Of a stretch of DNA of 64,000 nucleotides, positions 45,320 to 53,967 are shown piece after piece (the first letter of the stretch is position 1; every line of letters begins with the position of its first letter). The stretch spans positions 2,315 to 66,314 of the forward strand of contig DATATJ010000197.1 in assembly GCA_036268855.1 (NCBI GenBank), written 5' to 3'. The DNA comes from Vicinamibacterales bacterium. GTDB taxonomy: Bacteria; Acidobacteriota; Vicinamibacteria; Vicinamibacterales; CAVVIG01. Made by a program: the position numbers and the translations under genes. The notes beneath the pieces are model-generated. The model was not told the origin of the DNA and did no database searches. It saw only the letters and a list, made by a program, of their open reading frames with translations.

Positions 45320-46903
45320 TCAGCGCTTGAACGCTTTTGCGATCACACGGGCGGCGAGCGCGCCCGAGCGTCCGTTCAACCCTGTGCCGGGATGCGTGCC
45401 CGATCCGCACAGGTACAACTGCCGGATCGGTGTCGCGTAGCGCGCCCATCCGAGCAGGGGCCTCGTCACGAACCACTGATCGAGCGACAGCTCGCCGTGG
45501 AAGATGTGGCCGCCTGTCAGGCCGTAGGTCCGCTCGAGATCGAGCGGCGTAATCACCTGCCGTGCGAGCACGGACGCGTCGAATCCGGGCGCGTAGCTGG
45601 TGATGGTCCGCGTTGCCAGGTCGCCCAGACGGTCGCGTTCGGCGTCCCATGTCGTGCCGCGCAACTTGTACGGGGCGTATTGGAGGTACGCCGAGACGAC
45701 GTGCTGTCCCGAAGGTGCGAGCGAGGGGTCGGCGATGGACGGGATCGTCAGCTCCAGCCAGGGATCTTCGGCCAGACCACCGTACTTCGCTGCGTCGAAC
45801 GCGCGCTCGATCGCGTCGATGCTGGCGCTGAGGCGAATGCGTCCGGAGAGCGCTGCCACCGCGCCGGCGTCCGGCCCCGCCGGGCGTGCAAATCGCGGCA
45901 ACGCTGACACGGCGTAGTTAATCTTGGCGAGAGTACCGTGCGCGCGAATGTTCTGGACACTGCGCACGAACTCCGGCGCCAGGTGCATCGGGTCGACCAG
46001 GCCGAGCAGCGTGTGCCTGGGATCGACGCCCGACACCACCGCGCGCGCTCCGATCTCTTCTCCACTCGACAGGACGACGCCGCTGGCTGTCCCGGATGTG
46101 ACCACGACATGTGCGATTTCGGCGCATGTGCGGATCTCGGCGCCCGCTCCGCGTGCCGCCGCCGCCAGCGCGTCGGCGACCGCGCCAGGTCCACCTCGAG
46201 CGAACCAGCCGCTGGCGATCGGATGCCCCTCGCCGGCGCCGAGGAGGAGCAGCAGCGCGGCGCTGCCGGCCGACCACGGCCCGAGAAACGATCCGAGCGT
46301 GCCGCCGGCGGCCACGGTCGCGCGGAGCGGCTCGCTCTCGAACCACTCGCTGGCCAGATCGGCCGCGGCCATCGGCAACCATCGCAGCAGGCGGTAGGCG
46401 TCAGCCCGGCCGAGCGCGCGAAATTTCCGCCCGGTCCTCAGCGTCGCGATCAGATCGGCAGCCGTCGGATCGTCGATCGACGGCGCCGGTGCATTGTTGA
46501 GAGCGCGTAGAACACCGCTGATGCGCGAGAAGCTCAGCAGGAACTTCTGGTACTGCGCCGCGTCCCTGGCAGAAAACGCCGCAATGCTCTGAGCGGCGCG
46601 CTCGGCGTCGGACCAGAGGACGAGCGTGGGGCCGTCGCGCGTCGGTGCACAGGCCGCGGAGTCGGGACGGATGATCTGCAGCCCGTGGGCCTCGAGGTTC
46701 AACGCGCGCACAATCGCCGGATCGATGGCAACGCTGTGCGCCAGCGTGGGACAGCGGAAACCTGGCGCCACCTCAGAGGTGCCGGCACAGCCACCCACGC
46801 GTTCCGCGCGTTCGAGCACCAGCGGCTTCAATCCCGCCTTGCCCAGGAACGCGGCGGTGACGAGCGCGTTGTGCCCGCCGCCGATGATCACGACATCACG
46901 CAT
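45320..46903 (-). CDS. NAD(P)/FAD-dependent oxidoreductase, phytoene-desaturase (CrtI/COG1233) family
   Basis: DVVIIGGGHNALVTAAFLGKAGLKPLVLE....GG and C-terminal LYLCGSGTHPGTGLNG. Confidence 0.85.
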   Translation of the reverse strand: MRDVVIIGGGHNALVTAAFLGKAGLKPLVLERAERVGGCAGTSEVAPGFRCPTLAHSVAIDPAIVRALNLEAHGLQIIRPDSAACAPTRDGPTLVLWSDAERAAQSIAAFSARDAAQYQKFLLSFSRISGVLRALNNAPAPSIDDPTAADLIATLRTGRKFRALGRADAYRLLRWLPMAAADLASEWFESEPLRATVAAGGTLGSFLGPWSAGSAALLLLLGAGEGHPIASGWFARGGPGAVADALAAAARGAGAEIRTCAEIAHVVVTSGTASGVVLSSGEEIGARAVVSGVDPRHTLLGLVDPMHLAPEFVRSVQNIRAHGTLAKINYAVSALPRFARPAGPDAGAVAALSGRIRLSASIDAIERAFDAAKYGGLAEDPWLELTIPSIADPSLAPSGQHVVSAYLQYAPYKLRGTTWDAERDRLGDLATRTITSYAPGFDASVLARQVITPLDLERTYGLTGGHIFHGELSLDQWFVTRPLLGWARYATPIRQLYLCGSGTHPGTGLNGRSGALAARVIAKAFKR

Positions 46904-46927
46904 ACCAGTTAGTCGACGGCCGTCTTC

Positions 46928-47010
46928 ATCACGAAATCACGAAGAACGCGGAGACTGTGTTTTGTGCAGAACGTCCTTCGTGAACTTCGTGATCTCCGTG
47001 CCTTCGTGAT
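46928..47010. repeat. inverted word repeats (atcacgaa x2 forward; cttcgtga(t) x3 reverse)
   Basis: atcacgaag (46936-46944) is the reverse complement of cttcgtgat at 46985-46993 and at 47002-47010. Lies in the spacer between the two CrtI-family paralogs. Confidence 0.85.
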
Positions 47011-47051
47011 GGCAGGTGGCGACATAGTGACGAAAGCGTCTGGCATGAGCG

Positions 47052-48629
47052 CTATCGCGTCTGCCCGAGAATCCTCAGCGCGGCGTTGCGTCCGGGAGCG
47101 CCCATGATGCCGCCGCCCGGGTGCGTCGCGGAGCCGCACATCCAGAGGCCGCGGACCGGCGTGGCGTACTGCGCCCATCCGGGTGCCGGCCGCAGGAAGA
47201 AGAGCTGCTCGAGCGTCAGCTCGCCCTGAAAGATGTTGCCTTCCGTCAGCCCGAAGGTGCGCTCGATGTCGAGCGGCGTCAGCACCTGCCTGTGCAGGAT
47301 GATGTCGCGGATATTCGGCGCGTGCTCGGCGATCGTGTCGACGACGGCGTCGCCGAATGCGTCGCGCTGTTCGTCCCACGTGCCCGACTTCAGCTTGTAC
47401 GGTGCGTACTGCACGAAGCAGGAGAGGATGTGCTTCCCGGGCGGCGCGACGGACGGATCGGTGAGCGTCGGAATCACCATGTCGATATACGGCCGGCGTG
47501 AAAACTCGCCGTACTTCGCCTGGTCGTACGCGCGCTCCATGTAATCCACGCTCGGCGAGATCGAAATCGCGCCGCGCAGGTGCGCGCCCGGCCCCGGCAG
47601 GCTCGTGAAATCCGGAAGCGCGTCGAGCGCGAAGTTCACCTTGCCGGACGAGCCGCGGTACTTGTATCGTCGGATCTCCTCGACGAACTCCGCCGGCAGC
47701 TCTTGGTCGGCGTCCATGAACTTCAGGAACGTCAGGTTCGGGTCGACGCTCGACAGCACCAGATCGGCGTCCAGTTCGTCGCCGTTGGCCAGCACGACAC
47801 CGGTTGCCCGTCCGCCCTGCAGTCGAATGCGCGCCACGGGCGCTTCGGTCCGGATCTCCACGCCGAGCTCCCGGGCGGCGCTCGCGATCGCATTCGAGAT
47901 GGCACCGGTGCCGCCACGTGCAAATCCCCACGATCGAAACGCCCCGTCGATCTCGCCCATGTAGTGGTGCAGCAGCACGTAGGCGGTGCCCGGCGACCGG
48001 ACGCCGAGGAACGTCCCGATGATGCCCGACGCCGCCATCGTCGCCTTGAGCACGTCGGTCTCGAACCACTGGTCGAGGAAATCGACGGCGCTCATCGTCA
48101 TCAGCTGGACCTGGTTGTAGCGATCCGCCTCGGCGAGCCCGCGGAACCGCTTGCCCAGGAAGACCAGCTTCATCAGCTCGCGCGGATCCAGCGTCATCGG
48201 ATCGGGCGGCGTCATGTCGAGGATCGGTTTGACGAAGCGCGCCATTTCGACCATCGCCTTGCCGTATTCCTCGTACGCCTCGGCATCGAGCTTCGAATGG
48301 CGGGCGATCTCGCGACGCGTCATCGCGTGATCGTTCACGCGCCACAGATGATCGCCGTTCGGCATCGGCGTGAAGGTGCCGTCGAGCGGCAGGATCTCCA
48401 GGCCGTGCCTCGGCAGGTCCAGATCGCGGATGATCTCGGGCCTCAGCAGCGACACGACATACGATGCGACGGAGAAGCGAAAGCCGGGGAACACTTCTTC
48501 CGTCACGGCCGCGCCGCCGAGGACATGACGCCGCTCGAGGACGAGCACTTTCCGTCCGGCGCGGGCCAGGTACGCGGCGGCCGTCAACCCGTTGTGGCCG
48601 CCTCCGATGACGATAGCGTGGGGCTTCAT
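47052..48629 (-). CDS. NAD(P)/FAD-dependent oxidoreductase, phytoene-desaturase (CrtI/COG1233) family; paralog of 45320..46903
   Basis: HAIVIGGGHNGLTAAAYLARAGRKVLVLE....GG and C-terminal LWMCGSATHPGGGIMG. Confidence 0.85.
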   Translation of the reverse strand: MKPHAIVIGGGHNGLTAAAYLARAGRKVLVLERRHVLGGAAVTEEVFPGFRFSVASYVVSLLRPEIIRDLDLPRHGLEILPLDGTFTPMPNGDHLWRVNDHAMTRREIARHSKLDAEAYEEYGKAMVEMARFVKPILDMTPPDPMTLDPRELMKLVFLGKRFRGLAEADRYNQVQLMTMSAVDFLDQWFETDVLKATMAASGIIGTFLGVRSPGTAYVLLHHYMGEIDGAFRSWGFARGGTGAISNAIASAARELGVEIRTEAPVARIRLQGGRATGVVLANGDELDADLVLSSVDPNLTFLKFMDADQELPAEFVEEIRRYKYRGSSGKVNFALDALPDFTSLPGPGAHLRGAISISPSVDYMERAYDQAKYGEFSRRPYIDMVIPTLTDPSVAPPGKHILSCFVQYAPYKLKSGTWDEQRDAFGDAVVDTIAEHAPNIRDIILHRQVLTPLDIERTFGLTEGNIFQGELTLEQLFFLRPAPGWAQYATPVRGLWMCGSATHPGGGIMGAPGRNAALRILGQTR

Positions 48630-48635
48630 GCTTCA

Positions 48636-48687
48636 GGGTGCCGGGGTGCCGGGGTGCCAGGTGCCAGGGTGCTAGGTGCTGGGTGCT
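48636..48687. repeat. 7-8-nt G-rich word array (gggtgcc ggggtgcc ggggtgcc aggtgcc agggtgct aggtgct gggtgct)
   Basis: Read directly. It starts 7 nt outside the start codon of the oxidoreductase gene (48629), in a divergent spacer. Confidence 0.95.
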
Positions 48688-48802
48688 CCGCGCGATCGCG
48701 GCGCGCGACTACAGGCCGCAGCTGCGTGTGGCGTTGCCGAGGAGGAGCGCGAGGCGGAGCAGGCGAAGCGTGCTCGGGCGGGCCATGGCGAGCGGATATT
48801 AC

Positions 48803-48808
48803 TATAAT
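48803..48808 (+). promoter_or_regulatory. TATAAT box 6 nt upstream of ATG 48815 (possible leaderless start)
   Basis: tactataatcgcgccATG. No convincing -35 element and no SD sequence. Confidence 0.25.
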
Positions 48809-48814
48809 CGCGCC

Positions 48815-50014
48815 ATGCCGATCGGGACCGCGGTCCACGAGCGCACGTTCGCACTGGCCGAGAGCCTCAATTTCCGCGAATGGTCCGGCTACTATGCGGT
48901 CAGCGCGTACGAAGCGCATCACGAGCACGAGTACAACGCGATTCGGAATGCGGCCGCGCTCATCGACGTGTCGCCGCTCTTCAAGTACCTGATCAGCGGA
49001 CCCGACGCGGCGAAGCTCGTCGATCGTGTCATCACGCGCGACGCGTCGAAGCTCGCCGTCGGACAGGTGTACTACACGCCCTGGTGCGACGGACACGGGA
49101 AGGTGATCGACGACGGCACCGTGACCCGCGTCGAAGACGACACGTTCCGGTGGACCGCTGCAGATCCGAGCCTGCGCTGGTTCACGCAGAACGCGATCGG
49201 CATGAACGTGCGGATCGACGACATCTCCGAGCAGGTCGCCGCGCTCGCGCTCCAGGGACCGACGTCCGGCCGTCTGCTCGACGCGGTGGCCGACGCTGAC
49301 ATCCGGACGCTGAAGTATTTCCGGATGACCACAGGCGCGATCGCCGGCGTTCCGGTCGAGATCTCGCGCACCGGCTACACCGGCGATCTCGGGTACGAGA
49401 TCTGGATGCCGTGGAGTCGCGCCCTGGAAGTGTGGGATGCCCTGATGGCCGGCGGCCGCCCGTTCGACATTCATCCCGCGGGCATGCTCGCGCTCGATGT
49501 CGCGCGAGTCGAAGCGGGGCTGCTGCTCATCGACGTCGATTTCCACAGCAGCAAGAAAGCGCTCGTCCCGGCGCAGAAATACTCGCCGTTCGAGATGGGC
49601 CTCGATCGCCTCGTTGCGCTCGACAAGGCGGCGCCGTTCGTCGGCCGTCAGGCGCTGATCGACGAGAAGCGCCGCGGACCCGCGCGGCGGATCGTGGGGC
49701 TCGACATCAACTGGCCCGCGGTCGAGCAGCGGTACAACAAGGCCGGTTTCCCGCCGCAGGTGGCCGCGGCCGCCTCGCGCGTCGCGGTACCGGTCTACAA
49801 GAACAGACGGCAGGTCGGCCGCGCGACGACGACAACCTGGTCGCCCGTGCTCAAGAAGCTGATCGCCCTGACGACGATGGACGCCCCGCATGCCGCGGAG
49901 GGGACGACGGTCGAGTTCGAGATTACCGTCGAGGCTGTGCGTCATCGCGTTCCGGCGACGGTCGTCAAGACGCCCTTTTTCAGCCCCGCTCGTAAAACGG
50001 CGCCCGCGATGTAA
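48815..50014 (+). CDS. aminomethyltransferase (GcvT) family protein
   Basis: EHEYNAIRNAAALIDVSPLFKY.I.G.DA..L......D, TGYTGDLGYEIW and a folate-binding C-terminus. Start placed at MPIGTAVHE. ATG 48785 is an alternative. Confidence 0.8.
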   Translation: MPIGTAVHERTFALAESLNFREWSGYYAVSAYEAHHEHEYNAIRNAAALIDVSPLFKYLISGPDAAKLVDRVITRDASKLAVGQVYYTPWCDGHGKVIDDGTVTRVEDDTFRWTAADPSLRWFTQNAIGMNVRIDDISEQVAALALQGPTSGRLLDAVADADIRTLKYFRMTTGAIAGVPVEISRTGYTGDLGYEIWMPWSRALEVWDALMAGGRPFDIHPAGMLALDVARVEAGLLLIDVDFHSSKKALVPAQKYSPFEMGLDRLVALDKAAPFVGRQALIDEKRRGPARRIVGLDINWPAVEQRYNKAGFPPQVAAAASRVAVPVYKNRRQVGRATTTTWSPVLKKLIALTTMDAPHAAEGTTVEFEITVEAVRHRVPATVVKTPFFSPARKTAPAM

Positions 50015-50019
50015 CCAGC

Positions 50020-50622
50020 GTGGGTCGGCCTGCAAAGAACCGTGAGAAGTGGCCACCGCCGGCGGACCGCGCGCCCGAGGCCGAAGCGGCGTTGTGCCGG
50101 CTGATGGCCGATTACCTCGATGGGCGGCTCGACGCCTTCGACGGCGTCTATGCCGCGCTCGCCGGACGCATCCGTGGATACCTCTACACGCTCTGTCGGG
50201 ATGCGTCGCTCGCCGACGACCTGGTGCAGGACACGTTCATGCAGATTCATCGGTCGCGACGCACGTACGAACCGGGCCGCCCGGTGACGCCGTGGGTCTT
50301 CGCGATCGCGCGCCATGTCTTCCTCATGCAACGCCGTACGGCAGGACGGCGCCAGCGCTTCGCGGATGCGCTGGCCGCGGACGCGCTGCACACGGATCGG
50401 CCGCGCGACGAAGCCGCCGCCGTGATCGATCGCGACGAAGTGCGGCGCACGCTCCGGCAGGTGCCGCCCGAGCAGCGGCAGGCCGTGCTCATGCACCACG
50501 TGGAAGGGCGCAGCTTCGCGGAGATCGCCGCGCGCCTCGGCATCCGGGTCAACGCCGCGAAGACGCGGGCGTTCCGTGGCATGAAGAAAATGCGGGAAAC
50601 GATGAAGGGATCGCCGGACTGA
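50020..50622 (+). CDS. ECF-type RNA polymerase sigma factor
   Basis: Region 2 is DDLVQDTFMQIHRSRRTY.......PWVFAIARH. Region 4 is QRQAVLMHHVEGRSFAEIAARLGIRVNAAKTRAFRGMKKMR. GTG start 5 nt after the GcvT-like stop. Confidence 0.85.
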   Translation: MGRPAKNREKWPPPADRAPEAEAALCRLMADYLDGRLDAFDGVYAALAGRIRGYLYTLCRDASLADDLVQDTFMQIHRSRRTYEPGRPVTPWVFAIARHVFLMQRRTAGRRQRFADALAADALHTDRPRDEAAAVIDRDEVRRTLRQVPPEQRQAVLMHHVEGRSFAEIAARLGIRVNAAKTRAFRGMKKMRETMKGSPD

Positions 50623-50636
50623 CGGCCGGCGCCACG

Positions 50637-51287
50637 ATGCCTGCTCCCAAACCCCTCCGCGACGCGATCGAACGCGACCTGAAGTCCACGCGTCCGCTGC
50701 GGCGTCCGTCCACCCGTGCGCTCGCGCTCGCGCCGGTGGCGGCCGCCATTCTGGTCGGCGTGCCGCTGCTGCACGCCTTCCGCGGCGACATGGACGTGCT
50801 CGGCTTCGTCCGGGCCTGGGGATTTTCCATCGCGCAGACTGTTCTTGGCCTGGTCGTCATCGCGCTGGCGCTGCGCGAGTCGATTCCAGGCCGCTCGCTC
50901 GCCGCCGGAACGGTCGCGACGACTGTGGTCAGCGGCCTGGCGCTCCCGATGGTGCTGGTGGTGATGACCTCGTCGCGATTCGACATCGGTCCGGGCCCCG
51001 GCCTGGCGCTCGTAGACGGCGCGGCATGCTTCAAGACGTCGGCGCTGGCCGCGGTGCCCGCGATCATCGTCGCCGCGATTCTCGCGGCGCGCGCGTTTCC
51101 GCTGCGACCGGGAATCGCCGGCGGGTTGTACGGGCTTGGCGCCGGCCTGATGGCCGATGCTGGCCTGCGGCTCTATTGCGATTATTCAGTGCCGAGCCAC
51201 GTGCTGTTCGCTCATGGCGGCGCCGTGGCGGCGTCGATGGTCGCCGGGGCGTGCGTGGCGATCGTCGTGGCGCGAGGGCAGGGCTGA
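50637..51287 (+). CDS. NrsF-like anti-sigma factor (DUF1109), six predicted TM helices
   Basis: Internal ATG of ORF 50049..51287. MPAPKPLRDAIERDL....P followed by six hydrophobic segments. Cys residues lie in GAACFK and RLYCDY. Positioned directly after the ECF sigma gene. Confidence 0.7.
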   Translation: MPAPKPLRDAIERDLKSTRPLRRPSTRALALAPVAAAILVGVPLLHAFRGDMDVLGFVRAWGFSIAQTVLGLVVIALALRESIPGRSLAAGTVATTVVSGLALPMVLVVMTSSRFDIGPGPGLALVDGAACFKTSALAAVPAIIVAAILAARAFPLRPGIAGGLYGLGAGLMADAGLRLYCDYSVPSHVLFAHGGAVAASMVAGACVAIVVARGQG

Positions 51288-51344
51288 GAAGGGATGGAGT
51301 GCTGGCCTGGCCCTGTCGGACCCGGCCAGCGAACGCGAAGCGGC

Positions 51345-52988
51345 CTATTTCTCGGCCATGAACGGATAACGGTAATCGTGCGGCGGGTTAAAGTTTTCCT
51401 TCAAGGTCCGCGCGCTGACCCAGCGCACGAGGTTCAGCTTCGATCCGGCTTTGTCGTTCGTGCCCGAACCGCGCGCGCCGCCGAACGGCTGCTGCCCGAC
51501 GACTGCGCCGGTCGGCTTGTCGTTGACGTAGAAATTCCCCGCCGCGTGGCGCAGCGCCGACGTCGCGTGGACGATCGCGCGACGGTCCTGCGCGAACACG
51601 GCGCCCGTGAGCGCGTACGGCGACGTCGAATCCACCACCCTCAGCGTCTCCTCCCACTTCGCATCGTCGTACACGTAGGCGGTGACGACCGGTCCGAAGA
51701 TTTCCTCGCACAGGAGGCGGTACGCCGGATCAGTCGTTTCGACGAGCGTCGGGCTCACGAAGTAGCCTTTGGCGCCCTCCACCTTGCCGCCGGCGACGAT
51801 CTTCGCTTTCCCGCGCGCGTGTTCCACGTACTCGCTGATTTTGTCGAACGCGCGCTTGTCGATGACGGCGCCCATGAAGTTCCGGAAGTCCTGGACGTCG
51901 CCCATCTTGATGTCGTCGATCATCGCGACGACGCGGTCGCGCACGCCGGCCCACAGCGACTTGGGCACGTAGATGCGGCTCGCCGCCGAGCACTTCTGAC
52001 CCTGGAACTCGAACGCACCGCGAACGATCGCTACCGCCAGCGCTTCGGCGTCCGCCGACGGATGCGCGACGATGAAGTCCTTGCCGCCGGTTTCGCCGAC
52101 GATGCGCGGATACGATCGGTAGGTGCTCATCGACGCGCCGATCGTCTTCCACATGTCATTGAAGACCTCGGTGCTGCCGGTGAAGTGGACGCCGGCGAGA
52201 TCGCGATGCGACAGCAGCGCTTTCGAGATCATCGCGGCGTCGCCCGACACCATGTTGATGACGCCTGGCGGCATGCCGGCCGCCTCGTACAGCTTCATCA
52301 GGTAATAGGCGGCGAACATCGCGCTCGACGCCGGCTTCCAGACCACCGTGTTGCCCATCAGGGCTGGCGCGGTCGGCAGATTGCCGGCAATCGACGTGAA
52401 GTTGAACGGCGTCACCGCGTAGACGAAGCCCTCGAGACCGCGATACTCGAGCGCGTTCCACATCGTGTGATCGCTCGAGGGCTGTTCGTCGAGCAGCTCC
52501 TGGCCGTAGTGGACGTTGAAGCGCCAGAAGTCGATGATCTCGCAGGCCGCATCGATCTCAGCCTGGAAGATCGTCTTCGACTGGCCGAGCATCGTGGCCG
52601 CGTTGATGGTGTCGCGCCAGGTCGTCGTCAGCAGCTCGGCGGCCTTGAGAATCACCGCGGCGCGATCGTCGAACGACCAGCTGGCCCACTCGTGCCGCGC
52701 GTCGGCGGCCGCGGCGATCGCCGCCTGGATGTCGGATTCCGACGCCTTGTGGTAGTCGGCGAGCACGTGCGCGTGGTCGTGGGGCATGACGGAGGGAGCC
52801 GTCTTGCCCGTGCGCACTTCCTTGCCGCCGATGAAGAGCGGGATCTCGATTTTTTCGCCGGCCATGGCCGACAGCCTGGCCTTGACGGAGGCGCGTTCCG
52901 GCGAACCCGGCGCGTAGGATTTGATGGGCTCGTTGACGGGCGGCGGCACGCGGCGCCGGCCATTGAAGACAGCATGTGATGAAGACAT
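51345..52988 (-). CDS. pruA: L-glutamate gamma-semialdehyde (1-pyrroline-5-carboxylate) dehydrogenase
   Basis: NEPI.SYAPGSPER, AEIDAACE.IDFWRFN, FNFT.I.GNL, VWKP, FTGST, ETGGKDF and FEFQGQKCSA.SR. Confidence 0.9.
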   Translation of the reverse strand: MSSSHAVFNGRRRVPPPVNEPIKSYAPGSPERASVKARLSAMAGEKIEIPLFIGGKEVRTGKTAPSVMPHDHAHVLADYHKASESDIQAAIAAAADARHEWASWSFDDRAAVILKAAELLTTTWRDTINAATMLGQSKTIFQAEIDAACEIIDFWRFNVHYGQELLDEQPSSDHTMWNALEYRGLEGFVYAVTPFNFTSIAGNLPTAPALMGNTVVWKPASSAMFAAYYLMKLYEAAGMPPGVINMVSGDAAMISKALLSHRDLAGVHFTGSTEVFNDMWKTIGASMSTYRSYPRIVGETGGKDFIVAHPSADAEALAVAIVRGAFEFQGQKCSAASRIYVPKSLWAGVRDRVVAMIDDIKMGDVQDFRNFMGAVIDKRAFDKISEYVEHARGKAKIVAGGKVEGAKGYFVSPTLVETTDPAYRLLCEEIFGPVVTAYVYDDAKWEETLRVVDSTSPYALTGAVFAQDRRAIVHATSALRHAAGNFYVNDKPTGAVVGQQPFGGARGSGTNDKAGSKLNLVRWVSARTLKENFNPPHDYRYPFMAEK

Positions 52989-53051
52989 AGCCTTCCAGTT
53001 TACCGCAAGGCCGCACTGGGCGGCAGACACACGGAAAAGCGAGCGTTTGGG

Positions 53052-53099
53052 GATGTGAGAATTTGAGGATGTGAGGATTTGAGAATTTGAGAATTTGCG
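53052..53099. repeat. octanucleotide tandem array (gatgtgag aatttgag gatgtgag gatttgag aatttgag aatttgcg), 48 bp, low G+C
   Basis: Read directly. Lies in the divergent spacer between pruA (start 52988) and the CN-hydrolase gene (start 53125). Confidence 0.95.
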
Positions 53100-53124
53100 A
53101 AGGCGGCGAACTAGAATCGAGCGA

Positions 53125-53967
53125 ATGATGAAAATCGCGCTCGTGCAGCAGCATGCGGGGCCGGAGAAGGCAGAGAATGTCGCGCGCGGGCTTCGCGCGT
53201 TCGAGACGGCGGCGCGCGCGGGCGCGGCGGTCGTCGGCTTTGCCGAGCTGGCCTTCGAGCCGTTCTATCCGCAAACGCCTGCGGGGCCCGGCATGCGCGG
53301 CCTGACTGAACCGGTGCCGGGTCCGATCACCGACGCGTTCGCCGCCAAGGCTCGGGAGCTCAACGTCGTGGCGGTGCTGAACCTGTTCGAGCGCGACGGC
53401 GACCGGACGTTCGACTGCTCGCCGGTGATCGACGCCGACGGCACGTTGCTCGGGCGCACGCGGATGATTCACATCACCGAGTACGCCTGCTTCCACGAGC
53501 AGGGCTATTACACGCCGGGCGACACCGGCGCGCCGGTCTACCGCACGAAGGCCGGCAATATCGGCGTGGCGATCTGTTACGACCGGCACTATCCGGAATA
53601 CATGCGCGCGCTCGCCGTCGGCGGATCGGACCTCGTGTTCGTGCCGCAGGCCGGATCGGTCGGCGAGTGGCCCGAAGGGCTCTACGAGGCCGAGATGCGG
53701 GTCGCCGCGTTCCAGAACGGCTATCACACCGCGCTCTGCAACCGCGTCGGGAAGGAAGAGAAGCTCACGTTCGCGGGCGAGTCGTTCGTCTGCGGTCCGG
53801 ACGGGACAGTGATCGCTCGAGCGAAGCTGGGATCCGACGAAATCCTTTACGCTGACATCGATCTCGCGAAGAACGCCGAGTCGAACGCGAGGCGACTATT
53901 CCTCCGCGACCGGCGCCCCGAGCTGTACGGCGCGTGGCTGGGAAATTTCAAGACGCTTCCCGCCTGA
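53125..53967 (+). CDS. carbon-nitrogen hydrolase (nitrilase superfamily) protein
   Basis: MMKIALVQQ, FAELAF (Glu) and GVAICYDRHYPE (Cys). The position I align with the catalytic Lys (YRKxH) reads TRMIH. Confidence 0.8.
   Translation: MMKIALVQQHAGPEKAENVARGLRAFETAARAGAAVVGFAELAFEPFYPQTPAGPGMRGLTEPVPGPITDAFAAKARELNVVAVLNLFERDGDRTFDCSPVIDADGTLLGRTRMIHITEYACFHEQGYYTPGDTGAPVYRTKAGNIGVAICYDRHYPEYMRALAVGGSDLVFVPQAGSVGEWPEGLYEAEMRVAAFQNGYHTALCNRVGKEEKLTFAGESFVCGPDGTVIARAKLGSDEILYADIDLAKNAESNARRLFLRDRRPELYGAWLGNFKTLPA

Noticed and set aside
48630-48814. A glycine riboswitch upstream of the GcvT-family gene.
   Set aside because: There are no tandem GGAGAG...ACCGAAGGGGCAA-type aptamer cores. The region is dominated by the ggtgcc word array and unremarkable G+C-rich sequence.
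51301-51330. A terminator hairpin (gctggcc ... ggccagc) between the NrsF-like and pruA genes.
   Set aside because: The stem is only 7 bp with a 16-nt loop, and there is no U-tract on either strand. It is too weak to call as a feature.
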